DNA from: an uncultured Clostridia bacterium
GTDB lineage: Bacteria > Bacillota > Clostridia > UBA1381
Assembly: GCA_947631085.1 (NCBI GenBank)
Contig: CANRJY010000005.1
Coordinates: 25,976 to 89,975, forward strand
DNA length: 64,000 bases
Direction: 5' to 3'
This document shows positions 57,785 to 64,000 of the stretch, piece after piece. The notes beneath the pieces were generated by a model. That model did not search any database. It was given only the letters and a program-made list of their open reading frames with translations, and was not told the origin of the DNA. How positions within the stretch are numbered: position 1 is the first letter of the stretch; every line of letters starts with the position of its first letter. A program made the position numbers and the translations under genes.

Positions 57785-58345
57785 ATGAAGGTTTGGAAAG
57801 GAATATTGGCGGTAGTCCTGGCTGCGGCTATGGCGGTCGGCGGCTACACGCTCGGCTCGAAAATGGAGCAGAAAAACATAACAGCGGCGATCCCGAAGCA
57901 AAGTCTTGAAACGGACGCGCCGCCCGCTCCGCAGACGGTTCAAATCGAAAAAACGGACGCGGGTGTAACGCAGGAAACGTGGTCGAAGCTCGACGAATCG
58001 GCATTTTCGGCTGAGGGCATCAACGGAACTGTCACACTTTCAACCTCGGCGGGAACGTACGAGGGCGAAATAATGTGGGACGACGGACAGCAGTGGGCGC
58101 TTGAGGTAAGCGACGGAAACGGCGGGTATTATACGCTTGTCGACGAATATATAAATAACGGAAGCGTATATTTTGAAATACTCGAAACCGCCGACGGCAG
58201 CCGCGTAATAAACGCATACATCATCTCCGGCGCGGGCGTAACATTAAGGCAGTATTCATATGCAAACGGCGCGTTCGCACAGAACACCCTCTACGACTCC
58301 GGCGCGGTAAACAGACTGTATTCGTCGGTGCCGATGTATCAGTAA
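57785..58345 (+). CDS. hypothetical membrane-anchored protein
   Basis: N-terminal TM/signal anchor. GGAGG RBS. No recognisable motif. Confidence 0.6.
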   Translation: MKVWKGILAVVLAAAMAVGGYTLGSKMEQKNITAAIPKQSLETDAPPAPQTVQIEKTDAGVTQETWSKLDESAFSAEGINGTVTLSTSAGTYEGEIMWDDGQQWALEVSDGNGGYYTLVDEYINNGSVYFEILETADGSRVINAYIISGAGVTLRQYSYANGAFAQNTLYDSGAVNRLYSSVPMYQ

Positions 58346-58363
58346 GAAAGGAGAAAATAAATC

Positions 58364-58681
58364 ATGGAAATCGAATTAACAAAATCAAATTACGAAGGCG
58401 AGGTTATGAAATCGTCCGTCCCCGTGCTCGTGGATTTCTGGGCGGGCTGGTGCGGACCGTGTCAGATGCTCATGCCCACCATAGCGGAAATCGCGGAGGA
58501 ATACGCGGGAAAAATCAAGGTTTGCAAGGTCAATGTTGACCGCGAGGGCGAAATCGCGGCGCAGAACGCTATCGTTTCAATACCTACCGTCATACTTTTC
58601 GTAAACGGCAAGCCCGTCGAGAGAATAGTAGGAGCGCACGCGATCGACGATTATATGGACATTATTGATAAATATATATAA
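58364..58681 (+). CDS. trxA: thioredoxin
   Basis: FWAGWCGPCQM active site, 105 aa. Confidence 0.95.
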   Translation: MEIELTKSNYEGEVMKSSVPVLVDFWAGWCGPCQMLMPTIAEIAEEYAGKIKVCKVNVDREGEIAAQNAIVSIPTVILFVNGKPVERIVGAHAIDDYMDIIDKYI

Positions 58682-58702
58682 TATTTATGCAAAAACACGA
58701 AT

Positions 58703-58737
58703 AAATATACAGCAATCGGCTGTATATTTTTCGTTTT
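58703..58737 (+). terminator. trxA terminator
   Basis: AAATATACAGC-AATCG-GCTGTATATTT followed by TTCGTTTTT. Confidence 0.7.
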
Positions 58738-58760
58738 TAAAACTTTTTTTAAAAAAAGAC

Positions 58761-58789
58761 TTGCATTTTTATTCAATGTGTTGTATAAT
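58761..58789 (+). promoter_or_regulatory. argD-argF promoter with an overlapping ARG-box-like operator
   Basis: TTGCAT, 17 nt, TATAAT. TGCATTTTTATTCA (58762..58775) matches the ArgR/AhrC box TGAATwwwwATTCA at 13/14 positions. Confidence 0.45.
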
Positions 58790-58943
58790 AAGAAACATCT
58801 TTTAATTAGGGGGAACAAAGTTTGAGTAAAATCGCCCATCTCGCCGCCAAAACGAGCGGGGCGGTACCATCGTACAGCACCCACTCGCCTTGACGGCAAT
58901 CTGAACGATTTTCTTTCAAACTTTAGAAGGGAGTAAATTTATA

Positions 58944-60137
58944 ATGCTCAATAACATAATTGAACTTGACAAAAAATACTATATGAACACCTTCGGAAAC
59001 CGCCTTCCCGTGTGCTTCGTGAAGGGCGAGGGCATGACGCTGACGGCTGACGACGGCAAAATTTATTACGATTTTCTCGGCGGTATCGCGGTAAACGCGC
59101 TCGGTCATTCGCACCCGAAGCTGATCGCGGCGCTTAAAAATCAGCTTGACAAGCTTATCCACACGTCGAGCCTTTACTACATAGAAAATCAGGCGAGACT
59201 TGCGGAAAGACTTGCGAACGCAAGCTGCGCGGACAGAATATTTTTCGCGAACAGCGGCGCGGAAGCGAACGAGGGCGCGTTCAAGCTTGCGAAAATGTAT
59301 TTCTATAAGAAGGGTATACCGAAAACCGAGATAATTACGCTCGATAAATCGTTCCACGGCAGAACGCTCGCGACGGTCGCGGCAACGGGACAGGAAAAAT
59401 ACCAAAAGCCGTACAGACCGCTCACACCTGGATTTATTCAGGTCGAGCCGAACAATTACGACGCGGTCGTAAACGCGGTCACGGACAAAACTGCGGCGAT
59501 AATGATAGAGCTTATACAGGGCGAGAGCGGCGTTCACCCGATGGATGTTGAATATGTGGAGAACCTCAGAAAACTCTGCGACGAGAAGGACATTCTGCTC
59601 ATTTTCGACGAGGTTCAGACGGGCATGGGCAGAACGGGAAAGCTGTTCGCGCATCAGCTTTACGGGGTCGAGCCCGATATATTCACGCTCGCGAAGGCGC
59701 TCGGCGGCGGCGTTCCTATCGGCGCGGTATGCGCGAAGGAAAGTGTCGCGGCGGCGTTCGAGCCCGGCGACCACGGCACGACATTCGGCGGCAATCCGCT
59801 CGCGACTGCGGCGGGACTCGCGGTGATGGATATTTTCGACGAGGAAAAGCTCGTTGACAATTCCGCGAAAATGGGAGAATATTTCAAAGCGAAGCTAAAC
59901 TCGCTTATGGCTGAGTATCCCGATAAAATAAAGGAAATACGCGGCTCGGGACTGCTTATCGGAATTGAATTAGATCCCGAAATTGCGAAGGAAGTATTCG
60001 ATAAATTATTCGAAAACGGCTTCCTCACAAGCCTCTGCGGAGGAACGGCGATGAGGCTTGCTCCGCCGCTTATCATAACGGAAAAGGAAATTGACTTGTT
60101 TGTAAATAAATTGGAAAAAATATTAAAGGAGATTTGA
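58944..60137 (+). CDS. argD: acetylornithine aminotransferase
   Basis: Class III aminotransferase motifs: NSGAEANE, DEVQTGMGRTG and TLAKALGGG. Confidence 0.9.
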   Translation: MLNNIIELDKKYYMNTFGNRLPVCFVKGEGMTLTADDGKIYYDFLGGIAVNALGHSHPKLIAALKNQLDKLIHTSSLYYIENQARLAERLANASCADRIFFANSGAEANEGAFKLAKMYFYKKGIPKTEIITLDKSFHGRTLATVAATGQEKYQKPYRPLTPGFIQVEPNNYDAVVNAVTDKTAAIMIELIQGESGVHPMDVEYVENLRKLCDEKDILLIFDEVQTGMGRTGKLFAHQLYGVEPDIFTLAKALGGGVPIGAVCAKESVAAAFEPGDHGTTFGGNPLATAAGLAVMDIFDEEKLVDNSAKMGEYFKAKLNSLMAEYPDKIKEIRGSGLLIGIELDPEIAKEVFDKLFENGFLTSLCGGTAMRLAPPLIITEKEIDLFVNKLEKILKEI

Positions 60138-60139
60138 AA

Positions 60140-61057
60140 ATGAAGGATTTTATCAGCTTACACGACATAACAACCGATGAGCTTCACAAGCTTTTGGAGC
60201 TTGCGTTAAAGCTCAAAAAGGAATTAAAAACAGGCGTGCCGCACCCGATCTTGAAGGGTAAAACGCTCGGCATGATCTTCACAAAATCGTCAACGCGCAC
60301 GCGCGTTTCGTTCGAGGTCGGCATGGTACAGCTCGGCGGCTATCCGCTGTTCCTGTCGTCGAACGACATACAGCTCGGACGCGGCGAAACAATTCACGAC
60401 ACCGCGAAGGTGCTCGAGCGCTATCTCGACGGAATTATGATACGCACATTCGCTCATTCGGACGTGCTGGAGCTTGCCGAGGAAGCGGATATCCCCGTAA
60501 TAAACGCGCTGACGGATCTGCTGCATCCGTGCCAGGTGCTCGCGGATCTGATGACCGCGTACGAGCACAAGGGCAAATTAGAGGGCTTGAAGCTCGCGTA
60601 TGTCGGCGACGGAAACAACATGGCGAACTCGCTGATGTACGGCTGCGCGAAGGCGGGGCTCGACTGCGCGATAGCCACTCCCGCTCAGTATCAATGCGAC
60701 GCGGAGGTAGTCGAAAACGCGAAAGCCGACGCGAAAAAGTCAGGCACGAGCCTTATTATCACGCAAGACCCGATCGAAGCGATGAAGGACGCTGACGTTG
60801 TCTACACCGACACATGGGTCTCAATGGGACAGGAGAGCGAAAAGGACGAAAAGGTAAAGGTATTCGGCGGCTATCAGGTAAACAAGGAGCTGTTCTCATA
60901 CGCGAAGGACGACGCGGTATTCATGCACTGTCTCCCCGCGTACCGCGGCTTTGAAGTCACCGAGGACGTCATCGACGGACCGAACTCAATAATTTTCGAC
61001 GAAGCCGAAAACCGCCTCCACGCCCAAAAAGCGGTAATGGCGACGTTGATGGGATAA
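60140..61057 (+). CDS. argF: ornithine carbamoyltransferase
   Basis: STRTRVSFE, HPCQ, DTWVSMG and HCLPA motifs. ATG 60140 has an AGGAG RBS. Confidence 0.95.
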   Translation: MKDFISLHDITTDELHKLLELALKLKKELKTGVPHPILKGKTLGMIFTKSSTRTRVSFEVGMVQLGGYPLFLSSNDIQLGRGETIHDTAKVLERYLDGIMIRTFAHSDVLELAEEADIPVINALTDLLHPCQVLADLMTAYEHKGKLEGLKLAYVGDGNNMANSLMYGCAKAGLDCAIATPAQYQCDAEVVENAKADAKKSGTSLIITQDPIEAMKDADVVYTDTWVSMGQESEKDEKVKVFGGYQVNKELFSYAKDDAVFMHCLPAYRGFEVTEDVIDGPNSIIFDEAENRLHAQKAVMATLMG

Positions 61058-61070
61058 AGGAGGATAATCA

Positions 61071-61568
61071 ATGCTTTCGGATTACCAATCGTTATTCCAG
61101 GTGCGTCTCGCGAATTATGACGATATTCCCGCCATAATGAGCATAACGCGCGAAGCGTTTATCAAATACCGTCAAATGGCGGGGACGGAAAAGCTCGCCG
61201 CGCTCGATGAAACGTATAACGACGTAAAAAAGGATATAAACACAAAAATAGTGCTTCTCGCGCTCTCCGACGGCGAGCCTGTCGGCAGCGTGCGCGTTGA
61301 GGTTTTCCCCGATAAAACGGCGTATCTCTCGCGCTTCGCGGTGAAGGTAACAAGCCAGAACAACGGTATCGGCAAGTCTATTATGAACCTCGTTGACCGC
61401 ATCATGATGAAAAAAGGCGTGACGCAGATCTCGCTGCATACGGGCGCGAAAATCACCTCGCTTATCCGCTTTTACTACGGCAGAGGCTTTTACATAGACT
61501 CCACCGACAAATCCCGCGGCTATACGCGCGCTTTGCTGATAAAGGAATATCCGCATAAGGAGTGCTGA
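61071..61568 (+). CDS. GNAT-family N-acetyltransferase
   Basis: Acetyl-CoA motif QNNGIGKSIM, 165 aa. Confidence 0.8.
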   Translation: MLSDYQSLFQVRLANYDDIPAIMSITREAFIKYRQMAGTEKLAALDETYNDVKKDINTKIVLLALSDGEPVGSVRVEVFPDKTAYLSRFAVKVTSQNNGIGKSIMNLVDRIMMKKGVTQISLHTGAKITSLIRFYYGRGFYIDSTDKSRGYTRALLIKEYPHKEC

Positions 61569-61578
61569 ATAAGCAATT

Positions 61579-61620
61579 TACGGAGGGAATAATACGGAGG
61601 GAATAATACGGAGGGAATAA
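61579..61620 (+). repeat. perfect 3x tandem repeat of the 14-mer TACGGAGGGAATAA, each unit carrying a Shine-Dalgarno sequence
   Basis: Units at 61579, 61593 and 61607, read directly. The last unit ends 1 nt before the ATG at 61622. Confidence 0.95.
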
Positions 61621-61621
61621 T

Positions 61622-62371
61622 ATGGAAGTAAAAATAAAACGCGACGGGCTTACTCTCGTCGGGGATATCATAAAGCCGAACGCCGAAAAATGCCCGATAT
61701 TTATCTTTTTTCACGGCATAATGAGCAGCCGCAATACGGAAATGAATAAAAAAATATGCGAAGCGCTCCTTGAGCGCGGCATTGCTATGGCGCAGTTCGA
61801 TTTCAACGGTCACGGCGAGAGTGACGGCGATTTCAAGGATATGACCGTCTACGGCGATATGCTCGACGCGGCGAAGATCATTCAGTACGTTCAAACTCTG
61901 CCGTTCGTGACCGATATTTATGTCGGCGGTCACTCGATGGGCGGAGTCGTCGCGAGTATGATTTCGGGCTGTTACCGCGATGTAGTAAAAAAGCTTGTGC
62001 TTCTCGCTCCGGCGGCAACCATGAAAAACGACGCGCAGAACGGCTCGTGCTTCGGCAAGCCGTATGATAATTTCAACGTGCCGGATTCCATACCCGCGCT
62101 TGCGAACGACGGGAAGATATATCGTCTCGGCAGCTTTTTATTTCGCACAAACCGCACTCTGCCGATTTACGAAACAGCCTCTCAGTTCAAGGGCGAAACG
62201 CTGATCATCCACGGCAGCGAGGACGCGGCTGTGAGCGTTTCAGGCTCGGAGGGATATGTAAAATGTATGGAAAACGCGAAGCTCATAGTGCTCGAGGGCG
62301 AGGACCACGGACTCGGCGCGATAGATTTGGGCGTGACGGCAAAGCTTGCCGCCGATTTTCTCGCGGAATAA
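61622..62371 (+). CDS. alpha/beta hydrolase
   Basis: GHSMGG nucleophile elbow. HG motif near the N-terminus and a DH pair near the C-terminus. Confidence 0.8.
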   Translation: MEVKIKRDGLTLVGDIIKPNAEKCPIFIFFHGIMSSRNTEMNKKICEALLERGIAMAQFDFNGHGESDGDFKDMTVYGDMLDAAKIIQYVQTLPFVTDIYVGGHSMGGVVASMISGCYRDVVKKLVLLAPAATMKNDAQNGSCFGKPYDNFNVPDSIPALANDGKIYRLGSFLFRTNRTLPIYETASQFKGETLIIHGSEDAAVSVSGSEGYVKCMENAKLIVLEGEDHGLGAIDLGVTAKLAADFLAE

Positions 62372-62390
62372 TAAATTTGTTAATAATAGG

Positions 62391-62430
62391 AATAATGTCC
62401 GCCAAAGCCTTGGCGGACATTATTTGTTTG
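62391..62430 (+). terminator. terminator after the hydrolase gene
   Basis: AATAATGTCCGCCAA-AGCC-TTGGCGGACATTATT followed by TGTTTG. Confidence 0.7.
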
Positions 62431-62451
62431 CTTTCCGCAGCCGCGGCAAAG

Positions 62452-62491
62452 GAAACAAAAATAACCCGCCGTCCGACGGATCGCGGGTTAT
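62452..62491 (-). terminator. terminator after the acyl-CoA ligase gene
   Basis: ATAACCCGC...GCGGGTTAT hairpin immediately after the stop, with TTTTGTTT on the minus strand. Confidence 0.6.
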
Positions 62492-64000
62492 TTAAAATAC
62501 GGATATAAACGTTCCTTTTTTCATATCGCTCGACGCCATTTGTCTTGCTTTTCGGTGCTGCTTCTTTTCGTTGTGAGTTTTCGGCAGTACCTTTTTGAAT
62601 TTGTAAAATCTCGGGCGTATATTGTCGTCAAGCTCTCTGCTTTCGCGGCAGTATTTGTCTATTTCCTCCGCCTCGAGAGAGCTGTCGGCTCTGACCACAT
62701 ACGCCGCGATTTCTTCCGCGCCGTTTTCGCCGGAAACGGACGTCACTATGCAGTCCTCGATTTTCGGATGACGGCAGAGGAAGCTCTCTATTTCATCGGG
62801 ATATATCTTCTCGCCGCCGCATACTATCATATCGTCTCTGCGCCCAACCACGGTTATAATTCCGTCGCCGTTCCATGTGCCGATGTCGCGCGTGTACAGG
62901 TAACCGCCGTTATATCTGCTTCCGCCGGTCGGATTGTTTTTGTAGTATCCCGCCGATTTTGAGCATGATTTCACTATTATTTCGCCGTGCGTCACGTTGT
63001 CGCGCGGGACAAGCTCGTCGGGCGAAGCGTCGCGCGTTTCGTGGATCTTTACTACGCGGACCTCGTCGTCTGTGCAGACCGTTCCGGCTGTACCCGGGAA
63101 AAACTGCTGCTTTTCGGGAGTGAGAATTGTGTTTATAAATGTTTCGGTGGTTCCGTAGCCGTTATAAACTTTCGGCGATAGAAAACGGCGGATTTGCAGA
63201 CTTTCTTCGGCGCTGAGTATACTTCCGACGGATATCACCCTTTTGAGCGACGCGAGATTTTTTTCCGCCTTCCGCTGCTTCAGAGACAATGCCCGAAAGG
63301 ACGGCGGCGAACCGGAAATCAGCGTTATTTTGTACCTTTCGATATATTCGAGACACTTCGCTGCGGACGGCTCGTCGGCGGCAATCACCGCCGCGCCGGA
63401 GTACAGCGCCGTGGCGGGGCCGCAGCAGTGAAGTCCGCCGCGGTGAGCCCACCTTGAAAGGTTCAGCATGATGTCGTCGGAATTTATCGAAAGCAGCCGC
63501 ATAACCTCCTGGGTGCTCATGACCTCGTTTAATTCCGTAACGGGGACGCACTTTTGGCTGCCCGCCGTTCCCGAGGTATAAAACAGAGTTGATTCCGCGT
63601 ATATATCCGCGGGAACCTGAGGCGGTTCGCACGTTTCGGCGTCGGTAAATTCTTCATAGGTCGCATGATTTTTAAGCGCACGCTTGTTTTCGGGAAAATT
63701 TACGACGACAAGCTTGGGCGAATGAGCGGCGGCGTTTACGGCGAGCTCTATTCCGCCGTCGTCGCGGTAAAAGAAAACAGCGGGCTTTATAAAGTCTATA
63801 ATCGACGCCGTCCGAGACGGCTGAACGCGCATGCTTATCGGACAGCCCGCCGCACCGACCTTTTTGCACGCCGCGTATATGAACACGAACTCCGGACAGT
63901 TTCCCATTTGGTATAAAATCGTATCGCCGCGCTTTACGCCTGCCGCGAGGAGCGCGTTCGCGCACTTGTTTATTTGCGCGTTCGCTTGGGCGTAAGTATA
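62492..64000 (-). CDS. AMP-dependent synthetase/ligase (acyl-CoA synthetase family); 5' end lies right of the window
   Basis: YTSGTAGSQK AMP motif, GYGTTE, and a GEKIYP...K C-terminal domain. The frame remains open from 63907 to the window edge (YTYAQANAQINKCANALLAAGVKRGDTILYQMG). Confidence 0.85.
   Translation of the reverse strand, partial: YTYAQANAQINKCANALLAAGVKRGDTILYQMGNCPEFVFIYAACKKVGAAGCPISMRVQPSRTASIIDFIKPAVFFYRDDGGIELAVNAAAHSPKLVVVNFPENKRALKNHATYEEFTDAETCEPPQVPADIYAESTLFYTSGTAGSQKCVPVTELNEVMSTQEVMRLLSINSDDIMLNLSRWAHRGGLHCCGPATALYSGAAVIAADEPSAAKCLEYIERYKITLISGSPPSFRALSLKQRKAEKNLASLKRVISVGSILSAEESLQIRRFLSPKVYNGYGTTETFINTILTPEKQQFFPGTAGTVCTDDEVRVVKIHETRDASPDELVPRDNVTHGEIIVKSCSKSAGYYKNNPTGGSRYNGGYLYTRDIGTWNGDGIITVVGRRDDMIVCGGEKIYPDEIESFLCRHPKIEDCIVTSVSGENGAEEIAAYVVRADSSLEAEEIDKYCRESRELDDNIRPRFYKFKKVLPKTHNEKKQHRKARQMASSDMKKGTFISVF

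Noticed and set aside
58418-58428. The 11-mer GTCCCCGTGCT in trxA, shared with the flank of the reverse motif copy at 4503..4513.
   Set aside because: It lacks the TTTAGT half of the motif. Hundreds of shared 11-mers are expected by chance within 64 kb.
1-64000. Mobile elements, prophage, defence islands, and tRNA/rRNA genes.
   Set aside because: I found no integrase, transposase, recombinase, phage structural, restriction or cas-like ORF. No cloverleaf- or rRNA-like sequence appeared in the intergenic regions I read. The window is core metabolism with tight operons.

Overview
This is a 64-kb chromosomal window that looks Firmicutes/Clostridia-like. Supporting signs are TTGACA/TATAAT promoters (often with TG-extended -10), GGAGG ribosome-binding sites, an SLH protein, ECF/CbiMNQO transporters and an L-box. 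It is almost entirely tightly packed core metabolism.

Gene blocks, left to right:
- 1-7445 (+): late cobalamin / nucleotide-loop operon cobT-cobU-cobS-(short cobU paralog)-cobC-cbiB-cobD-cobQ-cobO-cbiC.
- 7534-15529 (+): SAM methyltransferase, ecfA1-ecfA2-ecfT-truA, an acidic membrane protein, a CvpA-like protein and ilvD.
- 15677-18700 (-): lysine-riboswitch-controlled asd-dapA-dapB.
- 18.7-19.2 kb: a small intergenic island with a 21-codon hydrophobic ORF and a convergent promoter.
- 19.2-26.9 kb: coaX, a flippase, a GT28 glycosyltransferase, an RluA-family synthase, a DUF624-like protein and mnmG.
- 26890-34688 (-): proS-cbiL-hemA-hemC-cobA/hemD-hemB-sirC-cbiK, with overlapping junctions.
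- 34845-39794 (+): cobalamin riboswitch, cbiMNQO, hemL and a histidine phosphatase.
- 39973-46550 (+): MacAB-like ABC efflux genes with an oversized adaptor and an SLH wall protein.
- 46622-53103 (-): MBL hydrolase, VTC-like, DUF4956-like and beta-helix proteins, followed by a two-component system.
- 53.3-64 kb: housekeeping genes (secG, hflX, yigZ, trxA, argD, argF, GNAT, hydrolase, acyl-CoA ligase).

I saw no tRNA/rRNA, CRISPR array, transposase, integrase or phage genes.

The most unusual signal is the 12-nt word GGGGACACTAAA. It has 8 exact sense copies, 2 exact reverse-complement copies and 4 near copies. All lie inside the first cob operon (7-6902), in several reading frames, and none occurs in the remaining 57 kb. 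Two sense/antisense pairs flank short coding segments of cobD and cobQ that stay open if inverted.

Family calls are by eye from motifs, with no searches run. RNA-element boundaries are approximate.
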